NCBI GenBank assembly: GCA_023701005.1
Contig: JAMPXW010000004.1
Coordinates: 1 to 63,952, forward strand
Source: Burkholderiales bacterium
Lineage (GTDB): Bacteria; Patescibacteriota; Minisyncoccia; Phycocordibacterales; UBA9973
DNA length: 63,952 nt
Direction: 5' to 3'
The notes beneath the pieces were generated by a model. It had not been told where the DNA came from. It did no database searches and saw only the letters and a list, made by a program, of their open reading frames with translations. The translations under genes and the position numbers were made by a program. This document shows positions 43,099 to 50,834 of this stretch, piece by piece; the stretch's first letter is position 1, and each line of letters starts with the position of its first letter.

Positions 43099-44067
43099 TT
43101 AATTTAGAATTATATTAAATAAGAATCCTGTAAACATTATTCCTGCACTCACTATGCTTGCGAATATTATAATGAGTTTAGTTTTCATTACTCTTTTTAA
43201 AATCATAAATTCTGGGAAAGAAAGAGCCGTCACAGACATCATGAAAGAAAGAGTGGTGCCCATAGATACTCCTTTTTCTGTCAAAACAGAGACAAGCGGT
43301 ATGACACCTGCTGTATTCGAATATAAAGGTATACCGATAAGTACAGCGAGTGGTACGGCATACCATTTGTCACTTCCTGCATATTGAGCTAGAAAATCAG
43401 TCGGAACATAGCCATGTATAAAAGCACCGATTCCAATACCGATCAAAATATAAATCCAAACTTTTTTTAATATATCTAAAGTATAATCTTTGGCATAAAT
43501 TATTCTTTCTTTTCTTGTCATTGTTGGTAATTCAATATTTCCATTTATAGTATTTTGATATACAAATGGTTCGACTAAATTTTCTATTTTCATTTTACCG
43601 ATAATTATTCCTGAAAGAATAGAAATGATGAGCCCGCTTATTATATACAAGAGAGCTATCTTCCAGCCGAAAAGTCCCAAGAGTAGTATGAGGGCTACTT
43701 CGTTTATCATGGGTGACGCTATCAAGAAAGAAAAAGTTGTCCCTAAAGGGACTCCAGCTTGAACAAATCCTAAAAATAAAGGTATGGCAGAACAAGAACA
43801 AAAAGGTGTGATTATTCCAAAGAGGGAAGCTAAAACGTTTCCAGTATATTTATTTTTATGAGAAAGAATATTTCTAATTTTTTCTGGTGGTAAGTATGAG
43901 CGTATTATAGAAACGATGAAGATTATTACACTGAGTAAAATTAATATTTTAAAGGTGTCGTATATAAAAAAGTTAATTGCATTACCGAATGTTGATTTAG
44001 GAATAATATTTAAAATATTATAAGTAATATAATCAGCAAATAATTGTAAAGGATAAAAAATATTCAT
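43099..44067 (-). CDS. Permease of the DUF318/ArsP-like family
   Basis: Polytopic protein with the CSCSAIP motif. Immediately downstream of a thioredoxin-like partner gene. Confidence 0.75.
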   Translation of the reverse strand: MNIFYPLQLFADYITYNILNIIPKSTFGNAINFFIYDTFKILILLSVIIFIVSIIRSYLPPEKIRNILSHKNKYTGNVLASLFGIITPFCSCSAIPLFLGFVQAGVPLGTTFSFLIASPMINEVALILLLGLFGWKIALLYIISGLIISILSGIIIGKMKIENLVEPFVYQNTINGNIELPTMTRKERIIYAKDYTLDILKKVWIYILIGIGIGAFIHGYVPTDFLAQYAGSDKWYAVPLAVLIGIPLYSNTAGVIPLVSVLTEKGVSMGTTLSFMMSVTALSFPEFMILKRVMKTKLIIIFASIVSAGIMFTGFLFNIILN

Positions 44068-44307
44068 TTAAGAATTATCTTTAATTATATTTTTAATTTT
44101 TTCTATATCAGAGGTTGAGCCTATCAAAACTGGTTTGCCATTGATAGCCAACACAGGGCTCTGCATCAATCCCATAGCAACTATCTTTTGAATGTCTGTT
44201 ATATATTCTACTTTTATATTTAGATTTAATTCACTGACAGCTTTTTCTGTCAGTTCAAATAAATTTTTACAAGTTTTGCACCCCGAACCAAGCACTTGAA
44301 TATTCAT
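44068..44307 (-). CDS. Thioredoxin-family small protein (redox-active disulfide protein 2-like)
   Basis: Start taken at MNIQVLGSGCKTCK, which contains a CxxC motif. 79 aa. The upstream part of the track ORF lies in repeat A. Confidence 0.75.
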   Translation of the reverse strand: MNIQVLGSGCKTCKNLFELTEKAVSELNLNIKVEYITDIQKIVAMGLMQSPVLAINGKPVLIGSTSDIEKIKNIIKDNS

Positions 44308-44352
44308 TTTTAGAGTATAACAGATTAAAAAATAAATTATAATAGATATAGT

Positions 44353-44420
44353 GTGTGCTATGCACGCAATATTTATGTGGTCACAAATCACTAAGTATGG
44401 TTTTTCGCTATGCTCAAATT
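44353..44420. repeat. Direct repeat A (68 bp)
   Basis: 65/68 identical to 48161-48228. Confidence 0.95.
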
Positions 44421-44466
44421 TTACATAATAAAAAAGCAAGAACAACTTTTGCTGTTTTATTGATTT

Positions 44467-44495
44467 TTGACATTATTTATAGTCTGATGTAATAT
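44467..44495 (+). promoter_or_regulatory. Consensus-like promoter TTGACA-17-TAATAT for orf71
   Basis: -35 at 44467-44472, -10 at 44490-44495. An AAGAGG RBS precedes the ATG at 44527. Confidence 0.6.
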
Positions 44496-44526
44496 CCCAA
44501 TTAGATAGAAATAAAAAGAGGTACAT

Positions 44527-44742
44527 ATGATTTTAAGTGATCAACGACTTCAAGAGTTGAAAAGCATAATAGGTATGGAAGCTAACTGTTTAGTTGGTTA
44601 TATACCTACTCCAGAGGCATTAAAAGAATATTTCAACTGGATTTCAAAAAATCACAAAATTCCTCTTGAAGAAATTCAAGAGTTTGTGAGAGTTAAATAC
44701 GAAGAATCTTTTACAAAGATTCTTCGTAATCTTAGTAATTAG
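44527..44742 (+). CDS. Hypothetical 71-aa protein (orf71) between repeats A and B
   Basis: It has its own promoter, RBS and a perfect terminator. I recognise no motif. Confidence 0.6.
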   Translation: MILSDQRLQELKSIIGMEANCLVGYIPTPEALKEYFNWISKNHKIPLEEIQEFVRVKYEESFTKILRNLSN

Positions 44743-44745
44743 ATA

Positions 44746-44777
44746 AAAAAGGATTCTTTCTTTAAAGAATCCTTTTT
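44746..44777 (+). terminator. Intrinsic terminator of orf71
   Basis: Perfect 14-bp stem AAAAAGGATTCTTT/AAAGAATCCTTTTT with a 4-nt loop. Confidence 0.85.
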
Positions 44778-44797
44778 AAAATAATGTGGTTTACGAT

Positions 44798-44870
44798 AAT
44801 TATGCCTGTGGCTTCACAAAAGTAAAAAGGGCTGGAGCAGTCCAGTCCTTTTTAAGCTTTTGTGACCCTA
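44798..44870. repeat. Direct repeat B (73 bp), ending in an 8-nt copy of the tRNA-Glu 3' end
   Basis: 70/73 identical to 48276-48348. It contains a hairpin CTGGA-gcag-TCCAG plus a T-run on the minus strand. Confidence 0.95.
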
Positions 44871-44913
44871 ATTGTACGAGATTGGAACCACATTTCCAAT
44901 CAAATAAAGGTTT

Positions 44914-45960
44914 CTATGTCTCTGAGCTAGGTTTTTTGTGGTGTTTAATTGATTCTTCTTCTATAAAAAACAAATTCCTGTGCGGTCTCGAACAGGCTAC
45001 ATAGAGTTTATTTTTTGTACCAGAAACTAACTTGCTAAGTTTTTTATCTTTGAAATGTTTCATTGTAGTTTTATTAAGTACTACACAAACATCCTCAAAT
45101 TTATTTTCTCCCTTAGAATCTCCCCAATTTCTTGAGAGGCATTTATATTTACTACTTTCTCTATAAAATAATTTGACAACATTATTGTTACTAAAAATTT
45201 CCTCAATTATTTTTGGATCAGAAATAAATTCAACAGTAGACATATTGTTTTTGTGTGAGTATATTTCTATCTTAAGATTTTCAGTAATAAAATTGCAGAT
45301 TGTAGGAGTACATCTCCAGCTTTTATTTAAATGTTCCGTGTCTGGTTTTATACCAAGTTGTTCGAAGTTTTTAATATATTCTTTATAGTCATTATGTAAA
45401 TCATTATTTGTCGTACCATCTCTACTAGTATCGAAGGTGTGTTGGTAGAAATCACCAACCAGTTTTATTTCAAGCTTTGCCCTTACAAGACTTTTTAGTA
45501 AATCGAAGTCATGTCCAGCAAAATCTTGAATTTCATCAATATATAAACAGTCATAGTATTTTTCTAATCTTTCGTTTATGTCATCCAATACATTTAATTC
45601 TTGTAATAGTTTGGCAATTCTATTGTGATACAATCTTCTTCCTTCTGTTAGATAAAAAGAAAGATCACTCCTCTTTTTTTTGAGAGTATATTCGGGTGGA
45701 AAATCCCAAAATATACCTTTGACTTTTAACTTATATGATAAAAACGGTTTAAAACAAAAGCCATATAAAAATGGAAAATATGAGTATAATTGTATATTAT
45801 CTGGGAAATATCCAAATTTTTCTATAATACCATCTCTTAAGTTTTTAGTATTACTTTTAGTGTAAGTAATTAGCAAAAATCTCTTTTCTAAATTTAAATT
45901 ATCTATTATTAGGCTAGTCTTACCAGAACCAGCAACCGCTAAGATTATTTTTTTATCCAT
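44914..45960 (-). CDS. Compact UvrD-like SF1 helicase (GajB-like)
   Basis: Motif I AVAGSGKTS, motif II YIDEIQDF, motif III VGDFYQ, motif IV SWRC, motif VI LYVACSRPHRNL. 348 aa. Overlaps the upstream gene by 16 nt. Confidence 0.8.
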   Translation of the reverse strand: MDKKIILAVAGSGKTSLIIDNLNLEKRFLLITYTKSNTKNLRDGIIEKFGYFPDNIQLYSYFPFLYGFCFKPFLSYKLKVKGIFWDFPPEYTLKKKRSDLSFYLTEGRRLYHNRIAKLLQELNVLDDINERLEKYYDCLYIDEIQDFAGHDFDLLKSLVRAKLEIKLVGDFYQHTFDTSRDGTTNNDLHNDYKEYIKNFEQLGIKPDTEHLNKSWRCTPTICNFITENLKIEIYSHKNNMSTVEFISDPKIIEEIFSNNNVVKLFYRESSKYKCLSRNWGDSKGENKFEDVCVVLNKTTMKHFKDKKLSKLVSGTKNKLYVACSRPHRNLFFIEEESIKHHKKPSSET

Positions 45961-47519
45961 TGAATTGCGTCCACAATATATTGTGGGGGTTTTATTTCAG
46001 TTGATTTTTTTTCAAGCAACTCGAAAGCACAATTTGTTTTATTGGAAAGCATATAATCTTGTACTGTCAGGGTTCTTCTGCCTGCTTTAAATAATTCGTC
46101 GCAAATTTTTGAATTATTTTGGTACATTGAAATTTCAAAAGTTGGTATTTTATCATCGGTTTCAGAAAATATTCCCATATTTGAGTCTTTATAGCTCGAA
46201 TACCTATCAACACAATTTTCTTTATAGTTTCCGTCGTTGTCTGTTACCACAGCTGTTTTTATTTTTAATTCTTTTGCAATATTAAAATAATGCTTGAAGC
46301 TTGTACCTCCCACTGAAATCACATGTATGTCAGAATTTTCAAGCTTATTGGAGGTTACGTTTGTGTAAAAAGATTCCATTAACATAAACTCGGAATCACC
46401 TTCTACGAGAATCACTTTTTTGGAAAATATAAATTCAAGAACATTATTGTCAGGTGCTTTCATAAAAAATTTTGCCGTATCTTTTGGTAGTTGATCAAGT
46501 AGGATGGGAAGGGTACTATTACTATTCAGCAAAATTGATTTTCTTAGATCAAGTCTTGAGCTGATTAAATTGCTATGCGTGGTAATAAATAATTGTTTAT
46601 TTTCTGATTTGTTTATTGTATCAATTAATTTTTTCATATTGATATGACTTAGGTGATTTTCAGGTTCTTCAATTAGAATAACGTCAAGTTCTTTTTGATT
46701 TTTTTGAAGTGCAAACTCTGTTTTTATAAAACATTGTCTTCCTTTCCCTCGATTTACCAAATCGATGTCTCCTTCTTTTATTGTTAGATCAGTTTCCAAA
46801 TTTGCCCTTGAGTTGTTTCTAATAGAGAAAGAATATTCATCAGAACTTACTCTTGAATTAAGGTCACCCAATACACTATCTTTAAAATTCTCCTTGTGTT
46901 TCCTGTATTCATTTTGATGCCTATTTTTTTCTGAGTCGTTAATAATAGTATTATTATAAAGAGTTTTGATGTAAGATTTCGTTGCATATTCATTATCAAT
47001 TTCTGTGTTGTCTAAAAAAAGGTGTCTCATGTATTTTCTATAACTAGTGTAACTACTACCCTCGAAAGTTTTGAATGTTATTGAGTAAAACTCAAACGGG
47101 AAGTTGCTTTCTTTTTGTTGTAGAATATCTTTGATTTCTTTACTCAGATCATCCCTAGGTTCACATCTAAGCGCTAATCCGTGTGTTTTAACCTCATCTG
47201 AATTATTTTTGCCATCTAGATCTTTATTTGTTTGGTCATTGAAATATAATTCAATATAAAGAATTGGAAGGTCTTCATATTTTTTATTTGAAGCTAAAAA
47301 ATTTTGTATTACTTCACTATTAAACATATTGTCCAAACCACAGCTTTCTACTTTACTTCTACTTCCACTTAATACAAGATCTATAGCAGACAAAATTGTA
47401 CTTTTTCCTGCTTCGTTATCTCCAATTAATAGGTTAATTGAATCATTAAACTTAACCTCGAATTCTTTGAATCGTTTAAAATTCTTTATTTTAATTTTCT
47501 CAATTATCTTCCTAGTCAT
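45945..47519 (-). CDS. OLD-family ABC-type ATPase with C-terminal TOPRIM nuclease domain (GajA-like, class 2 OLD)
   Basis: Walker A GDNEAGKST, signature-like NRGKGRQ, Walker B ILIEEPENHLS, TOPRIM ILVEGDSE ... AVVTDNDG. Confidence 0.8.
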   Translation of the reverse strand: MTRKIIEKIKIKNFKRFKEFEVKFNDSINLLIGDNEAGKSTILSAIDLVLSGSRSKVESCGLDNMFNSEVIQNFLASNKKYEDLPILYIELYFNDQTNKDLDGKNNSDEVKTHGLALRCEPRDDLSKEIKDILQQKESNFPFEFYSITFKTFEGSSYTSYRKYMRHLFLDNTEIDNEYATKSYIKTLYNNTIINDSEKNRHQNEYRKHKENFKDSVLGDLNSRVSSDEYSFSIRNNSRANLETDLTIKEGDIDLVNRGKGRQCFIKTEFALQKNQKELDVILIEEPENHLSHINMKKLIDTINKSENKQLFITTHSNLISSRLDLRKSILLNSNSTLPILLDQLPKDTAKFFMKAPDNNVLEFIFSKKVILVEGDSEFMLMESFYTNVTSNKLENSDIHVISVGGTSFKHYFNIAKELKIKTAVVTDNDGNYKENCVDRYSSYKDSNMGIFSETDDKIPTFEISMYQNNSKICDELFKAGRRTLTVQDYMLSNKTNCAFELLEKKSTEIKPPQYIVDAIQWIKK

Positions 47520-47633
47520 AAGAATAATATAGCTCTTTTGGTTCCAAATTACTAATGGTATTGACGCTATGAAATAGTTTAATGTCTAACCTATCTTTTG
47601 AATTGACTTTTGTCAAAAAAAAGGAGAAAGAGT

Positions 47634-48137
47634 TTAAATTTTTATAATCCCTAAAAGGATTTTGACTATCTGTTTAATTTCATGATAGTACCTATTTATT
47701 TTTATATTTAAAGGATGTGTATTTTGAGTGCCAATCACTTTAATATTATAAACTCTCTCAAAAATTTTTTTAGAAAGAAGTCTGACTCGCAAAACATGAA
47801 AATCGGAAGTTACCAAAATAATTTTTTGGATTTCCAGTGTATCAATTAACTTTTTTGAAAACTTAAGGTCTTCTATTGTATTTTTACTTTCAATTATTTG
47901 TAGAATTTCTGATTCAGGTATTCTTTCTGATAATAAATATCGTTTTATATAAAAAGAATGTGGTTTGTTCGTTGTATTAAAATGAGCACCATATCCTCCG
48001 GTTGGAAGTAATTTATAGTTTTTATATTTATTAAATATCTCAATAGCTTTTTCAATTCTCTTTTTTGCGTTAGTAGTCAAATTTCCATTGTCGTCATTTC
48101 TTGATCCAAGAATTATTATTACTCCTTCAGTTTTCAT
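47634..48137 (-). CDS. DUF218 (YdcF/SanA/ElyC-like) protein
   Basis: Start taken at MKTEGVIIILGS. ..LLPTGG.. and ..ILVTSDFHVLR.. motifs. An extended -10 TGCTATAAT (48144-48152) lies 6 nt from the ATG. Confidence 0.7.
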   Translation of the reverse strand: MKTEGVIIILGSRNDDNGNLTTNAKKRIEKAIEIFNKYKNYKLLPTGGYGAHFNTTNKPHSFYIKRYLLSERIPESEILQIIESKNTIEDLKFSKKLIDTLEIQKIILVTSDFHVLRVRLLSKKIFERVYNIKVIGTQNTHPLNIKINRYYHEIKQIVKILLGIIKI

Positions 48138-48160
48138 AAGTAAATTATAGCAGGTATAAG

Positions 48161-48228
48161 GTGTGCTACGCACGCAATATTTATGTGGTCACAAATCACT
48201 AAGTATGATTTTTCGTTATGCTCAAATT
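48161..48228. repeat. Direct repeat A' (68 bp)
   Basis: 65/68 identical to 44353-44420. Confidence 0.95.
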
Positions 48229-48275
48229 CTACGTAGGTGTTTGCCGACCCCGGCTCGGCTATTTTAGTACTCAAA

Positions 48276-48348
48276 AATTATGCCTGTGCCTTCACAAAAG
48301 CAAAAAGGGCTGGAGCAGTCCAGTCCATTTTAAGCTTTTGTGACCCTA
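48276..48348. repeat. Direct repeat B' (73 bp), overlapping the 3' end of tRNA-Glu(CUC)
   Basis: 70/73 identical to 44798-44870. Confidence 0.95.
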
Positions 48349-48412
48349 CAGAGAATCGAACTCTGATTTTATCCTTGAGAAGGATACGTCCTAACCGTTA
48401 GACGATAGGGCC
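48341..48412 (-). tRNA. tRNA-Glu(CUC)
   Basis: Same acceptor, D and T arms as tRNA-Glu(UUC). Anticodon arm TATCC-TTCTCAA-GGATA. Confidence 0.9.
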
Positions 48413-48714
48413 ATTTAAAAAATATAGCATATTTTTTGATAAATAAAAAAATAGGCGCACTTTGTTGGTGCGCCTCATAGTATTAATATACATACTATGC
48501 AATAAAAGTTTTTGACATAAAACTTATTCTTTGGTTAGAAGAAAATAAAGTGCTTTGTTTTTTCTTTTTATTCTCAAGCAGATTAATTGTAATTCTGCAT
48601 TAAATTGTTGAATCGCGTCATTAAAACGTTTTTCAGTAAAAATTCTTTGACTCTTTATCATTAAATTATGCTCCATTTCTTGTGAAAGAATTTTGTTGAA
48701 ATTAGTTTTGCTAA

Positions 48715-48885
48715 TTAAATATGAGAATATTTAGGATGAGTGGTGGGACGTATTTTGTTGGAACCATCTAGGATTTTCTTAGCTTCAGCCGTTAATTCTT
48801 TTACTTCAGTAGTTTTTTGTACTACTGAACCAGAAGGTGCTGATACTACATTTTTTCTGAAGCTAGAAGGGAATGTCCTTTTCAT
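48715..48885 (-). CDS. Hypothetical 56-aa protein
   Basis: ATG (MKRTFPSS..) lies 7 nt after GGAG. A TTGACA-18-TATAAT promoter sits at 48961-48990 on the minus strand. Confidence 0.45.
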   Translation of the reverse strand: MKRTFPSSFRKNVVSAPSGSVVQKTTEVKELTAEAKKILDGSNKIRPTTHPKYSHI

Positions 48886-49004
48886 CTTGATCTCCACAAT
48901 TAAATTTTAATTTAATTAGTTAGCAGATTCAATGAACAATATATTTTTGAATCTGTCAATATTATACCTTATTTGATATATAGATGTCAAGTAGATGTGG
49001 AAAA

Positions 49005-49508
49005 CTATAAAATGTTAAGAAGAAGAATAGCAAGATACAACAACATAAATGTTATTGGGATGAATCTTTCTGTGTGTGAAAGGGGATGATATTTTTTAGG
49101 ATTTTTACCTCTGCCTAATATATGCCATTCAGTTTCAAATAAAGTGATAGGTAATTTTTGTTCTATTGTATGAATGACTTTAAATTTTGCTCTATTTAAT
49201 TGGCTATAAGAATTTATTATTCTGTACCAACAATAACCGATGCTTATGCCGACAAAGGGGACAAGCATGAAAATAATATTTGCATTAGGAATACTTTTTG
49301 TTTCTACATAACCCAATATACCGATGATGGCTGCATTTAATCCGAGAAAGAATTCGTTTGATTTTTGACGTCTTTCATTTGTGCTATTGAAGACGTGGAG
49401 ATAGATACGATATTGTTCTAGACAATAATCAACATAAGGATCTTTGCTATCCTTTATTTTGTCATTATTTCTAGTAAACAATAAATTGTCGATATCTGTA
49501 GGTGGCAT
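49005..49508 (-). CDS. Hypothetical 3-TM membrane protein (possible SLATT-like small effector; tentative)
   Basis: Cytosolic N-terminus ..EQYRIYLHVFNSTNERRQKSNEFFLGLNAA.. followed by 2 TM helices, an amphipathic linker and a C-terminal TM helix. TTGACA-17-TATACT ends 6 nt from the ATG. Confidence 0.6.
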   Translation of the reverse strand: MPPTDIDNLLFTRNNDKIKDSKDPYVDYCLEQYRIYLHVFNSTNERRQKSNEFFLGLNAAIIGILGYVETKSIPNANIIFMLVPFVGISIGYCWYRIINSYSQLNRAKFKVIHTIEQKLPITLFETEWHILGRGKNPKKYHPLSHTERFIPITFMLLYLAILLLNIL

Positions 49509-49567
49509 ATGCTAAGTATAGCATACTTAAGCATCTATGTCAAGTATAAAAAAATATTAAATATAAA

Positions 49568-49647
49568 GTTTTTAAGGGGTTTGGCGAGTGTCGACGAGCC
49601 AACTTCAGGACTTTTTTAAGCTTCAAAAAATCCGTACCGGCAAAAAT
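49568..49647. repeat. 80-bp dispersed repeat, copy 1 (inverted relative to 63823-63902)
   Basis: Exact reverse complement of 63823-63902 (80/80). Lies 18 nt downstream of the rmuC stop. Confidence 0.95.
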
Positions 49648-49665
49648 TTTGATATTTAATATTTT

Positions 49666-50709
49666 TTAATCTTCTAGTTTAGGTTTTTCTAAAGAAAGTG
49701 TAGAAAGTTCTGGCGAAGTGCCAGCGATACGAAGAACATCTTTATCTATCTTTTTCAATTCTTTATTTGAAGCATTGTAATGATTTACAACGGTACCTAA
49801 TGCATTGCCGAGCTTGTCGTGATATTCATCAAAAGATTTTAGATGTTTACCTAAATCTTCAACTTTTTTGATTATTTCTTTTGCTGATTCTTCTATTTTA
49901 AGAGCCTTCAATCCTTGTAAGACTGTTTGTAAGTATGCGAGAAAAGAAGTCGGAGATGTGATGATAACTTTGTATTTTCCTGCAGCTCTCTGAATCAGAT
50001 TTTCTCCATCTTCTAGAGCGCCGACTTTGTTTGTGAGGAGATCATAATAAATAGCTTCATGTGGAATAAACATGAATGCGAAATCAGTAGTGCCTTTGCT
50101 TGGTTGGATGTATTTTGAAGTTTCCGTGATTCTATTTTTCAAATCATTTACGAAAATTGTTTCTAATTTTTTCTTTTCGGCAGTATTTTGTTCTTCTACC
50201 ATTTTATTATAATTTTCTAAAGAGAATTTTGAATCTACGGGGATTATTTTATCTTTCACAAATACCACAGCATCAACGATGGTGCCATCAGGAAATGGAT
50301 ATTGCATTTGATAGCTTCCAGGAGGAAGGACATTTTTCAAAACTGTTTCTAAATAATATTCTCCCAAAATACCGCGTTGTTTGGGATTTTTTAAAACATC
50401 TTGAAGATTTTGTAATTGATCGGCAAAAGAGATGACTTGTTTGTTTGTCTCGTCTAGCCTCGTGAGTCTTTCTGTGACGTCACGGATTATTTCATTTGAT
50501 TGAGAAGAATGAAATTTTAAACTTTCTTGTACTTGTTTGTGTGATTCTCCAAGCTTGTTGTCTACGGTGCGAGAAAGTTCATTTAGTTGGGTGAGTATTA
50601 AATTTAAACCAGTATCATTTTCAGGTTTTTTTTCTTTTTTGTTAAATACAAAATAGGCAATAACACCTCCGATAAAGAAAGCTATGATAATGATTGTAAG
50701 GTTTTCCAT
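49666..50709 (-). CDS. rmuC: DNA recombination protein RmuC
   Basis: N-terminal TM, long coiled coil, and a C-terminal RmuC nuclease-like region (..FAFMFIPHEAIYYD..). Confidence 0.85.
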   Translation of the reverse strand: MENLTIIIIAFFIGGVIAYFVFNKKEKKPENDTGLNLILTQLNELSRTVDNKLGESHKQVQESLKFHSSQSNEIIRDVTERLTRLDETNKQVISFADQLQNLQDVLKNPKQRGILGEYYLETVLKNVLPPGSYQMQYPFPDGTIVDAVVFVKDKIIPVDSKFSLENYNKMVEEQNTAEKKKLETIFVNDLKNRITETSKYIQPSKGTTDFAFMFIPHEAIYYDLLTNKVGALEDGENLIQRAAGKYKVIITSPTSFLAYLQTVLQGLKALKIEESAKEIIKKVEDLGKHLKSFDEYHDKLGNALGTVVNHYNASNKELKKIDKDVLRIAGTSPELSTLSLEKPKLED

Positions 50710-50834
50710 CTTTATATTTTAACAAATATTATATAAGCAATTCCTATTGACTTTTGTTGTATTTTGTAATATATTATTTATCGAAAAAGTACTTCTAATA
50801 AAAATAATGTAAAACAAAAACCTTAGGAGGTTTT

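Larger units (their letters stand above)
44353..48348 (-). mobile_element. tRNA-Glu-adjacent islet bounded by direct repeats A/A' and B/B' (defence cargo, no integrase)
   Basis: Order on + coordinates: A, orf71, B, helicase, OLD nuclease, DUF218, A', B', tRNA-Glu(CUC). See the repeat features. Confidence 0.5.

Noticed and set aside
44786-45004. ORF 44786..45004(+), 72 aa.
   Set aside because: It spans repeat B (tRNA-end remnant plus terminator hairpin) and the 3' end of the helicase gene on the opposite strand. It has no RBS.
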